From Raillietiella orientalis (lineage: Eukaryota), in assembly GCA_036172245.1 (NCBI GenBank), contig JAYWIR010000007.1, forward strand, positions 3,410,001 through 3,474,000: 64,000 bases of DNA, given 5' to 3'. The notes below the pieces were generated by a model. That model made no database searches. It was not told where the DNA came from and worked only from the letters and a program-made list of their open reading frames with translations. Position numbers and translations under genes: made by a program. Each line of letters opens with the position of its first letter. The first letter of the stretch is position 1. Shown in pieces: positions 38,517 through 49,550 of the stretch.

Positions 38517-39726
38517 CTACACTTTGCTTCTAACATCAGTAACCTCTTGTTGTAAAGTTTGTATATCCAGTAATGAACTTGGTAACTGATTATCACCTCT
38601 ACCATCTGATTGCTTGCCTCTAACTACAGTCAATACCTCATATTCTGACTCATTGAATTTCATAATAAATTGCATTTCCTCCTAACTAAGAGAATTAATA
38701 ATTTCCAACAATACTTTAACAGCTTTGTGCTCCTTGATGGGATGGGCAATTAAAATCTCTAGATGACAATCTTATGCTTAGATTATGTAAATAGTGTTGT
38801 TTATGAATTTCAAAGCCAGGATGATTCCACATAGAGGTAAGCATATCACTACTAGATTTAATAAAACTATCATCTGGAATGGAAATAATTGAGTTTAATG
38901 CCACAAACATTGACGTAGCATACTCCTCAGTAGATAAATCTTCTGTATTTAAAAGCTCAAATAGCTTTTTGGCACTTTAAAAAAATTTCTTCTTAATATA
39001 CTTAAAGTATGATAACATCCATAAAATCTCTTTTCAGTAATTCAGTGTATTTACCATAACAAAGATGATGTAGACAAAAGTCAACCATCCCAACATCATC
39101 AGTAGAAAAATGTTCTTTAGTATATGCTACTTCCATCTTTGCTTTCTAAGGATACAGAATCAATTAATTGTAATTTGTTCGAAAAGAACTCTAAGCTTCT
39201 ACGTGCTTTTCTATAATTGCACATTAAAAGCATAACCATATGGTTGCTCATTATCTAATTCTAACTGATGTTCCTCATTATTCATAGCATGTGACTGGTA
39301 AATCATTAAAGCTCCTTTATTACATCCTTTTACTAAACTCTCTACTGGCCTACTACCTGATGTTGATTTAAACTCCTCAAAAATAGCTTTAATTTCATCT
39401 TCAAAGAAACACCGGGAAGCAATCCTGTAGCAATCCAAGCTATCAAGGAGATTTTCTTGTCCATTTTCAAATTTCAAGGTTAACAACTTCCTTCCCACAG
39501 AATATCTGTTGAGTTTAACTTGATCTGAAGTATCTCCTATTTCCCAATAAGTTTCATCCTCTAGACTTTTCTTAAGAAAAGGTGGTATTATAGTTCCATC
39601 CCATTTACGCAATAATGTCTGATATGCAATACAATACCTCTTAATCTCTAACTCCTTAAATCCTTTATGGGGATCATCTTTTGTGATAGAGGTTAATAAC
39701 AACCTTTGTATATTTTCGTAATCCAC
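38517..39726 (-). pseudogene. Wolbachia-type hypothetical protein (~400 aa originally), frameshifted
   Basis: ORF 39211-39726 continues through broken frames to ..DNQLPSSLLDIQTLQQEVTDVRSKV*. Intronless and AT-rich; the family assignment is from memory only. Confidence 0.5.
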
Positions 39727-40218
39727 ACTTACCTAACAAGATTGAACATACTTTAGGCATACTACCCCACCTTTAAAACTCATCAACCACTATTTTAGAC
39801 AAATCTTTTAGTTTGGGGTTGTTTTTGATAAAAGCCTCTTAGCAGGCTCAGTATAGGATCTTTTGTTGCTTTATAGGTTCCGTTTTTTTATAAGTTTATC
39901 TTAATTCTTCTGTAACTTTCTTAAATAGATTAATGTTAATTTGGCAAAATATATCATTAATAATTTAAACATCATTTCCAGAGTCCAAAACGAGCAAGCG
40001 TGAGAACAAATTTTGTTGCAATCACTTGGGCTACCGCTAGATTCGTGCGAACTTCCCTATATAATAATAATACTGTATCATAAATTATTTACATTAGCCT
40101 ATTTTCACCACATATATATACGAACTAATGTGCCTAACTTCGTCGTAACAATTGGATGTTTTTATTTTCACAACCCTATTTTTACGCAACGCGTTCTCAC
40201 AAATATACGTACCTACTC

Positions 40219-40770
40219 CAGCGGAACACAATTTTATATGCATGTCTCTTTTTTGGCAAAAAACCCGAAAATTATCGTTATGCACACAGAAGGTTACTCT
40301 GCCGGTTAGTAAGTCTTTTTCCCTGTGTTCTTTCAGACGATTCTGACAATATTCTGCTGTCGTTCAAAGTTAGCTCGCTATTGAACTTCACACTTGCCTT
40401 CGGGAAAAACTCAGCAGAATGATTATGTCTTGTAAGATTCCTAAGACAGACAACCGCATACGTAGAAAATCAACTGCATTGACAGCCATTATGTTTTCAA
40501 GGCTGGAGAGCCAGTGGTCGTCCAAAACGCTTTCCCTAAGCAGTCTGCTCAGCTCGTATTTGGCCTTTCTGTGTTTTAAATAGCAGGAAGTGTAATTTTC
40601 TTCAAATAGTGAAACTATACGGTCTAAAAATTTCAACCTGTCACTTGGGGAATCAGTCATACTACATTGGATATTCTATATAGACATGCATAACTTGATT
40701 GCATTTTTCCATCAATTTGTATTACTTATTAAAACTTTGCGATATCAACTGAATTGAAATCTGTTCCATG
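40219..40770 (-). pseudogene. recF: DNA replication/repair protein RecF, internal fragment
   Basis: IDGK..V*LI..SPSDRLKFLDRIV..SRLL..WLSSLENIMA..REKD..GRVTFCVHND..LCSAG (start of the STGEQK signature). Frameshifted; both ends missing. Confidence 0.85.
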
Positions 40771-40775
40771 GATCA

Positions 40776-41508
40776 CGTGTACCAATAACAAAAAATATTG
40801 ATGATATACTAAAAGGCAATGTTATAAACGATATCAAACGTAGAGGAAAGTATGTAATCTGGCATATAGACAATAATATGGTTATAATGATGCATCTTGG
40901 CATGAGTGGAAAGCTGATATGCCCTGAACATAACCAAGCGCAGAATAAACATGACCATGTGGTGTTTTTGTTTTCTGATAATACTTCAATAATTTTTAGT
41001 GACCCAAGAAGGTTTGGATTCGTTATGTTTTAAATAAAGAACAAGAAACGGATTTTTTTTTAGCGATTTCGGAGTAGAACCTCGCACAGATGAATTTAAT
41101 GGAGGCTATTTACAGAAGTTGCTGAAAAATAGAAAAGTAAATAACAAATCAGCATTGATGGATAATAAATTAGTGGTTGTAATGGTCAATGTATACGCTC
41201 ATGGGTATTAAAATTGCATCCTCTATACTTTCAGGGCTCGCATATCACCACTTAGTCTAGCACAAGATTTGACGTATAAAGAGTACAAAAAAACTCTCCA
41301 CTGAAATAAAAAATACTCAGAGGGATGCAATCACTGCAGGCGGTTCCACGCGGAAAGATTATGCACAGCCATCTCGGTCTGTTGGATACTTTCAAGATAG
41401 CTTTCACGTACACAGTAAAGCACAAAACTTTGCAAGGTTTGCAATATCATAACACTTATACCGCAAAATGGTCATAGTACTCATCTCTGCAGTGTGTGTC
41501 AGAATCGA
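40776..41508 (+). pseudogene. mutM: Formamidopyrimidine-DNA glycosylase, 5'-truncated
   Basis: RRGKY, HLGMSG, KHDH, DPRRFG, GVEP, KSALMDN, NVYA, FRARISP, AGGST, GYFQ and a C-terminal zinc finger (CKVC..CSVCQ); several frameshifts. Confidence 0.92.
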
Positions 41509-41524
41509 AGTTTTACCTTTGAAT

Positions 41525-42098
41525 ATGATGTTTTCACCTAAAAAAAAAAAAAAAAAGTTTGTTTTCAAAGTGGTATAAAGCAGTACTTAACTCTTTATGT
41601 AAAGAGCCAACAGCAATGATGCTAGCAACCTGTAGCAAAGACTGCATCCCATCTGCAAGAGTGGTATTGCTAAAGGAATACAGCGAAGAAGTCTCAGCGT
41701 AAACAGTAGAAAAGGAAAAGAATTGACCGAGAGCCCTATTAGTGTTTCACTGGATAGAATTTTCTAGACAAGTACGAACTGAAGGAGATGTTAAGCTTCT
41801 AAACAAAGGAAAGGCTGACGAATATTTTTCTTCTCGAGCACGCGATGGTCATATTAGCCCATGGTGCTCAAAAGAATCGAGCCTTCTGAAAAGTTGGCAA
41901 GATTTTGAACAAGTTATCGAATTGAAAGAGAAAGAATTTTTCAATACACAAATTCCCCGTCCCGACTTTTGGGTAGGATTTTGTGCCATACCAAGAGTAA
42001 TTGAATTCTGGCAAGAAGGTGAACACAGAAGACATATCAGATTTAGGTACACCCTTGTTCATGAAAGCAATTGGAAAACAGGACAGCGATATCCTTAA
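41525..42098 (+). pseudogene. pdxH: Pyridoxamine 5'-phosphate oxidase
   Basis: [57 protein letters not shown]. Poly-A expansion at ~41540, small deletions and frameshifts. Confidence 0.92.
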
Positions 42099-42243
42099 AT
42101 TATACTATTTGAAATAAGTTCTTGAGTAAAGAGAGCAAGGCTCCTTTCATGTTTCCAACTACTAAAATACCATCATTGACCCACCTAGGAAAGAACTTGA
42201 ATGACAGAAAAAAAATAAGTTACTTTTTATTTTTGAGTAGCTC

Positions 42244-42380
42244 ATGGGTAATAAAATTGCACTCCCTATACTTTCAGCAGATTTTACGAGGTTAGGAGAA
42301 GAAATAAAACAAATTAGTGACTTAGTGAATGTAGATTATATACATATAGGCATTATGGATGGAAAGTATGTGCCCGATTT
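42244..42380 (+). pseudogene. rpe: Ribulose-phosphate 3-epimerase, 5' fragment
   Basis: MGNKIALPILSADFTRLGEEIKQISDLVNVDYIHIGIMDGKYVP matches the Rpe N-terminus (SILSADF..HxDxMDGxFVP), then breaks into GC-rich host sequence. Confidence 0.88.
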
Positions 42381-42384
42381 CGAC

Positions 42385-43600
42385 CCACACTAACTGGGAG
42401 GCAACGCGTCCAGCTTTTTCCCCTACCCCGCACACGGACCCTTTCGCTCCCTCCGCTTCCGGAGAGATGTTCCGCCTCTGCCTCGCTACTCCACCCAGAG
42501 AGAGGTTGCCAGCTTGGGGGACCGACCTCACCCAGCCAGCCCCAGCCCAACCCTCTCGAAGCAGGGAGCGAGGGGTAAAGAGGTCACGATTGCTTGCGAG
42601 ACCCGCGGCCATCTCCCCTCCGAACTCCTTCGCTCCTCCTGGAGGTGCGGCCCACCCTTTCTTCCGCACGAGGACAGGGGAGAAGAGCGATGGGGAGGCG
42701 GCGCGTCGCCCTTCGACGGCGCTTGGTCAGCGTGAATCAGCTCTCCCCACGGCAAAGAAACCCTGAGGCCTTCCCCTTCGACCTTCTTGCGGCAGAGGAA
42801 GGGGAAGGAGACGGGAGCTGCAGGGCTCAGCTCCCTCCTACAGAGTGGCGGCGCGCCCCTCTAGCCGGAGGCGGCGCCTGCGACAGCCCCTTTCCCAAGC
42901 TCATGAGGCCGTTTCCCGCAGGTCCACGGGGGTTCGAGGAGGGGCGCTCTCCCTGCCTCGACCCCTCTTGTCCCCTCCGGCACCCGCTGCCGGCATCGGA
43001 CACCCCTTCCTCCCCTTCTTCTCGTGGGGTGAGTCCGTCCTCGCGCTGCTTCGTGCGGATGATGGGGTGACCCACCCCTTCCATCTCGGACGCCAACGAT
43101 GGGGCCGCGCCACCCGTCCTGCCTTCCCCGTGCACCCCTGATCCCTGCTTCTGCCGCTCGGCTTCTACGCCCACTCCAGGGGGGAGGAGAGGAAGACGGG
43201 GGGTCCCGTGGTCGCATCCGGGGCGACCTTCCCCTCGTGGCATGCGCGCCCGCGCTCCTCCTGGAGTGCGCCCCGAAGCTGTCAACGCGCGGGCGGAGGG
43301 TGCGGCTGGGTCCAGGAGCCGTTCGCAAACCTCCGCGGGATGCGCGATCCTCGGGTCCCTGGACCAGTGAATTCCTTCCGTGACTCTCCCTCCCTTGACC
43401 CCTCCTTCCCTGTTTTTCTTCCCGAATTTTCCCGTCTCCGGACAGCGCGCGCGCGGCTCTCGCCCGCTGGTCCTGTCCGGGGAGCAAATCCACGAAGAGA
43501 GGAGGGGGGGACCGCCGTCCCTGAGGGCCCGAAGGGGGTCTCCGAGTTCCCCCATGTTCGCTGACCCGATGCCCCCACACTTCACCCTGCAGCAGCGTTC
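42385..43600 (-). mobile_element. Possible heavily decayed LINE RT region, right of the bacterial insertion
   Basis: Remnants in the expected order on the minus strand: RGV(fs)RQG (~42955), IHADQ (YADD-like, ~42730), LFTPR..GWAG (PxxxGGLG-like, ~42560). Confidence 0.3.
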
Positions 43601-43934
43601 CCGGGAGGCAGCAACGAGGTGGGGAGAATCCCCCTCTCCCCCCCAGTGACCGGGAGTTGGGGCGGGGATCCGGATATCCGCGAGGCAGCAGCCCTAGAAC
43701 AACGAACGGAATCCCTAGAGGTGGAGAGCGGTGCAGGGGAGAGGAGGTGCTCCTGGGAAGCAACGGGTGTGTGGCGCTTCCTGTCACCCCATACAACCTC
43801 TTCAGAGACCCCGATCCGGTCAACGGAACGCCGGTGTCCCGGATGGCAGGGGCAGGAGTGCGTCCCTCCGGACACAAATGACCGCGCATGGGAGGAGGGC
43901 GGCACAGGAAGGGTGGGACACATGAGCAGGAGAG

Positions 43935-44282
43935 GGGACGGACCGGAGGGCACTTGCCTATTCCCGCCTGGGGTCTCTGCAAGAGGTCGAGAAGGGAAGA
44001 TGAGATGCTGCCCCCGGGCGCTGCCCTTTCCTTGGTGTGAGAGGTCATCCGGGTTCACTTTCTGTGGTTCCGGTCGCCCAGGAGGGTGCGCCAAGGGTGG
44101 AAGCTCCTTTCCTCCACGCGAGGGGGCACGTCACCTCCCTCCCACCCGTTCTTTGCATGTTATCGCGGATGACCTCTCGCATCGTGGAAAGAGCGGTGCC
44201 CAGGGGCAGCATCACACCTTCCCTTCTCGACCTCTTGCAGAGACCCCGGGCGGAGGTGGGCGAGGGTCCTCCGGTCCGTCCC
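43935..44282. repeat. Inverted repeat, ~117-bp arms (43935-44051 and 44166-44282) with a ~114-bp spacer
   Basis: The arms share GGGACGGACCGGAGG, GGGGTCTCTGCAAGAGGTCGAGAAGGGAAG and GAGAGGTCATCCG in opposite orientation. Confidence 0.85.
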
Positions 44283-47200
44283 TTCCATCGACAACGAACG
44301 GCTGGGCAGAGGGAGGTTGCTCCCGGGACCCTCGTACAGGTAGGGCCGGCGGCCCGTAGACCCCAGATTTCCGGCCTCTCCCGGGCAGGGAAGCCATGAG
44401 CCTCCACCCTTCGCGCTCCTGGGCGGCCGGGTCCACGAAGAGGCTGCGCGAGCACCAACCGAAGCTTTGAGTCCATCTGGGAGGAGCAGCGGAGCGCGCA
44501 CGACCGGATGCTGCTCTACTCCGGACGCCCGACCGGGAATCCGAGACACCTCGCCAGCGAGGAGCGTCAGGAGGAGGAGGAAGAGCGGTTGCCTAGGAAC
44601 TGGGCCGCCCTTGGGTACCTCTCGCCCCCTCTCTCGCGCGGTCCTACAGACCCGGGAGGGTCCGCCGGGGCTGCGGTGTGCTCTCCGCCCTGGCCTCTGG
44701 AGGCGGGTGAAGCGAAGAGCGCAGCGGCTATCTCGGGCCCACCCTCGGACAGACTACCCCGTCCACCCCGTTCCGGGAGAGCCGCGGAAAAGAAAGGAAG
44801 GCGGCGATCCCCGTGGCGCGCCATCCGTCGCTCCTCCGGGGGCGCTGCACTGCAGAGGAGAGAGAAGGGGAGAGGGTGGGGGATGAGGAGTCCTGTCTGC
44901 AGAACGTCCACCGCTTGGGTCCCTTTTAGGTTCCTCCTTGAAGGCGCCCGGCTCACGGGTGCAGCGGATGATTCTGCAGATTACCAACTTCGGATGCTGC
45001 GCCCTCGAGTGCTGCTTCCCCCCCCCCCGCGCGTATCCCCCGTCGTCGACGACGGCAGCAGCGGCGTGCAAAGGGAGGCGGGAAAGTCCGGGATCATCGA
45101 CAGCAGTCTCTCTCGGGTCTCCATGTTTCTGAGGAAGATCTCTTCGTGGGAAGCACACCCGGGAGAAGCTCGCACAGGGCACGGGGGCGAGTTGGTCCGG
45201 CGCCTCTCGCTTGCCTGACGGCTATCTCGCTTGCCTTGGGTGCTGCTGCGCGCGGCAGAAAGGTCAGGGCAAAGCAGCACGCCCTGCCGGCGCGGGTCGT
45301 CGGCAGCGAGGGAGTCAGAAGGAGGGTGGAAGACGTAGTCTTCGGGCGGATGCACTTCCCCAGGCTCGCCGGCGGCGAGCCGTGCCGCACGGGTTCCCGG
45401 AACCGGAAAGTGTCCGTTAGGTTCCCCTGTTTGACGACGCGCGTAGCAGTTCGCTGCCGCCGTTTCCGCAGGGGCCGTCGCCGCGTTGGATCGCGAAAGG
45501 CAAACGGTTGGAAGCGCGGGCAGCGCCGCGCGGGGCTACGCGACCGCCCCGAGAAGAGCGACGAAGAGCTTGCGGTTTTCTGGTTGCGAACGGCCGCCCT
45601 CCTGTTTGCCACCTGCGGCTCGGAACAAGCGGACGGCTGGGGCCCCTGAAAGAATTTCCAGCTCACGACGAAATGAGGATCCCCGGTCAGGTTGGAAGGC
45701 ACTAATCACCTGCTTGTTTATTATCTCTGCTCTATCTTGCGATGCCCACATGCGATATAACGAAAGGGAAATGATCCTTTCTTTGCGCGACCGAAAAATA
45801 ACGAGCGGAGTAGTAGGTTACAGTCATCATTATCATCATTCAGGGAACCGAGGTTGATTATCCTTTTCGCGGAGTGTGTGTCCAATAGACGTCGGGATCT
45901 TCCTGCGATTCCGTAAATCGAAAGCTTCTCACGTCCAGGCCTTTTTTTTTTCTTTTCGAAAAAAAAAATCCTTCCAGTGTCTTGGAAGTGCATTTAGATC
46001 TTTGAAATGGGGAAGATGCAGCGAGAGGTGAAAATAAAGTTTGGAAAATTCAAGTGCACCTTTTCATTTTTCATGTTCCAGTTTTTCTCTCTCTCTCTTT
46101 TTTTTTTTTCTTTTGATGTCATTATTGAGTGGCCTTGACATTTGAAAGTCAAGGCAAGACTGGAAGAGAAAGAAAACAAAGATGGTTCCCAGCAATTACA
46201 AGAATTCTTGCCCCGCACTGCATGACAGTTGCATTATGCAATTATTGCAAAGTCGAATGGGAATAATCGTCGGGCTCTCTCAGCTTTCACGAAAATAATG
46301 TGCAGCCAATAAGAACGGCAAGCGAACCAACAAAAGTCGAGTCACCGTGGTAGCAGGATTTATCTTCTGGTGCATCTGCAAATGATGACAACTGACGTTT
46401 CTCCGGCAGAAAATGCTCGTTGTCTCGGGCAATAAATTACGAGAACGTCTCCTGGATTTCAAATTCCTTACACAGAGTCGCCATCGCTTTTCCTCGAACT
46501 CTGACACACACACGCGCGCGCGCGCGCACACACACAAAAAAAAAACAAAAACAAAATCCTTGAGTAGAAATATCTGATATCTGCCCAAATTGTTCCCTTT
46601 CGAACCCAGAGGAATCGGATCATGTCAGGCTAAAAGTTCTCTGATGGATGCGATGCATCTTCAAGAGAATGCATTCGATGCTGACCGAAAACACCGGTGC
46701 ATTCCATTCAAGGAACCGATGCATTACAAACAAGCATGGCAACACTTTTGTGTGTGTGTGTGTGTGTTTGCCAGAAAGGTTTCCCACTCTTAGGGGATCG
46801 CTAGGAAATCCTCTTGTGGATGAATTGAAGCTGTGTTTGTTCGTTTGATGCCGTTGCTGACCCAAAATAAACAGTAAAAATTTAAAATATGAATGCAGAG
46901 CTGATGGTTCTTGGTCCAGGAGAGCAGCAGCAGCATATGAAAAAGAGATCCAGGAAACATGTGGCTGATGTCGAGGTTAAAAAAAAAAAAAAAAGAAGAA
47001 AGAAAATCAGCAGATATCAGTTCGATGTGCACTGTGTCAGCACGACGCAGAAATCACATCGAACCGATCATTAAAGGTTTGTTCTAAGTGCAACCCATGG
47101 ATTGAACGATCTGTGTGTGCGCATCGTCCCAGAGAGTATTTAATTTGCCCTATTTAATGATCCTCATCGATCCATTCGATTCCACTACATTTATTCATTC

Positions 47201-48381
47201 AGCGCTCCACATTCTCCGCTTTTTGATTAAAAACGTGTTTGGCAAGGAACTTCAGCCCCTATGTTTTCAGCCTCACGCAGTACCGATCTCGAGGAGGGAA
47301 AATGCAGAAAGTGGTTTCATACGAGCACGGTCTCCTCCTGCCGTTCTCATGAATGAACGTAAAAGCGGTTATAAACCAATAAAGAAAGAGAACAGTTTTG
47401 ACCCTATCTCTTCCAGTAAACACCATGGATGGTGAAATGTTATTTAAGGGACTAACTGTCTAATGTCTATACTTCTCGTAAATGTTTGGTGTCGTTTAAA
47501 CAATACATCGCTGAAATGTTAATCTTAATAAAGAGCAAACCCAACAGTTTCTGGTGCGAGATGATCACGCTGTTTTTCTTGGTGAGTTTTTTTTTGTTCT
47601 TGTTTTTTTCTTCCGTTAAAGATGCGTTGGTATGGGGGGCGGGCAAAAAAAAAAAAAAAAAAACGTAGCCTGTGTAAAAGAAATGGTTTGGTGTTTCGGA
47701 AGAGAAATCTCGGGGGTATGCTTCTTCTGATTCGAGAAACGTCATTCGGGTTTATTATAGACTCGTTGCATGGGATATCCGAAAACCGGACCAGTCTTTA
47801 TTAATTAAGCACAGTCCGGGGTCCAACGACACATTGCCTTTTTTTCGAGAGAATTCGGCAGAATTGCTGTCTTGAGCACCACATACTGCCGGAATTTCCT
47901 TGTTACCTAGGAATGCTGCTTCAGGATGATGCTGATGGATTAATCCACAGATAGGGAATGACCAAAAATGAGCAGCGCACTTGACTTTTTTTTTTTTTTT
48001 GAATATATCAGCAGCACCTTAAAAGTGTGAGAATTCCATTGCGTTCTTAAACGAAGCAACGGACTTACGTGTACGAGAACGGTCGCATCTCTTTATTAAA
48101 AATATGCATTTTCAGCATGTTTCCCATGTTTCATTGCTCGCATGAATGTATGTGGGGGAGAAGGGGAGAGGGATTCTTTGCATACACTCAAAATAACCGA
48201 CGAAGGAGCAAAAAAAAGTGTATTACTCAGCAAGGTTGATAAACCAGCAAAGATCGAGGAGGAAATTAGATCGCATCCTAAACTGGTGATGGCCTTTCAT
48301 TTCTTCCATCTCATCCACGAACCGAAATTTAAGGTGCATTTAGTGTCGTCCCTAGACGCACCCACCCACCTCAGCAGCTAT

Positions 48382-49550
48382 ATGGTGTGCATCCGGCGCA
48401 AGAAAAAGTCCCATCTTTGTATTCTGCTTTTACTTGTTGTATGCGTGGCTTTTTTTTTTTTGTTGTTTTCGTTTTTTCCCTTTCTCCTCCTTCGATCCCG
48501 GGACCCCTGATTTCGATCTCGATTCCTGCCGCAAGTTGCATTTGTAATCTTCAGTTTTGAGATGAGAACACTTCCAGGTATTATTTGCTGCTTGTCAGGG
48601 AAGACCAGATCACAAGAACCACAGTCATAGGGACAGTGCAGGAGATGATGGTTTGGAGAGTCGACAAAATACCTCGCAGGTAAGCAACATGTGCTTGCTC
48701 ATCACTAAGGTCGCGATGCGAGCACAATGTAGAGTTCTCTTCCGGATTATCCTAATAAACAGTTGCAAGATATTTCCGGTAGATGCTTTTTTGTTTTGTT
48801 TCTAAAGATGATGTAATACAGAGAGCACACTGTCAATGCATTCAACTTTGAATCTTTCAAAGGATCTAAGCGCTGGAGGTGAAATCACAGTGGAAAATAC
48901 GGAGGTCCCCGATGAAAATTTCCTTCCTGATGTGGCAAACAAAAGCACTCAACAACTCTTCGGTAAGTTTCCTTTTCGATAATCTGGCTTGATTGTGAAA
49001 AAATGCTGAACCAGAACAAACCGAATCCTCTCGGACATGCGTCGACAAGGAAACCCTCGACGGGTTGCTCGATCCAAGTTCTGCAATATTCATAGAAACC
49101 GAGAGAGAGTTTCAAGAAACCATTCGTCAAGCGGAATACGATACTATGGAGACATTACTATCCCAAGGGGATGAAGCTAATGGAGATTTCGACAAAACTG
49201 AAATTCTGCATACTGATAGGAACGAAAGTTTGCCCCTACTGCCTTTAAGAAGAGAAAAACGTGTAGTGAAAGCTGCGCTGCTATTAAAGGGAGCAGCTTT
49301 GGTCGGCATACCAGCGGCTATCGCTGCCAAAGTCGCTATTGGTATACCTGTAGCTATTGCTGCAAAACTCGCCCTTGTGTCAGCAATACAATACAGCCAG
49401 CATCAAACTCTACCGGAAAAGGAACACATTCCTGTTCAACCAGTCGGAAAACTGGTTGTGGAAGACAACATTGGTCCATTTGGTCCCCATGGACCTCACG
49501 GAAACAATTTCTTTGCTCCTGGGCCTGGCTCTCCTTACTATAACTACTGA
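48382..49550 (+). CDS. Orphan secreted precursor, ~264 aa (exons 48382-48438, 48578-48679, 48863-48962, 49015-49550)
   Basis: Four GT-AG exons join in frame: signal peptide MVCIRRKKKSHLCILLLLVVLFAACQG, acidic pro-region, RREKR furin site, then a 95-aa Ala/Lys-rich hydrophobic segment plus a Gly/Pro/His/Tyr tail. Confidence 0.78.

Larger units (their letters stand above)
38088..42380. other. Nuclear insertion of Wolbachia-like (Rickettsiales) DNA, fragmented and pseudogenised
   Basis: An abrupt AT-rich block between GC-rich host repeats carries intronless bacterial gene fragments (recF, mutM, pdxH, rpe, NB-ARC, hypothetical). All are truncated or disrupted by stops or frameshifts. Confidence 0.88.

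Noticed and set aside
38088..42380. Functional horizontally acquired vitamin B6 (pdxH) or DNA repair genes
   Set aside because: All are truncated or disrupted by frameshifts, stops or deletions.
42827..45700. Long ORFs (up to 395 aa) right of the bacterial insertion
   Set aside because: GC-driven open frames in decayed repeat DNA; no intact domain.
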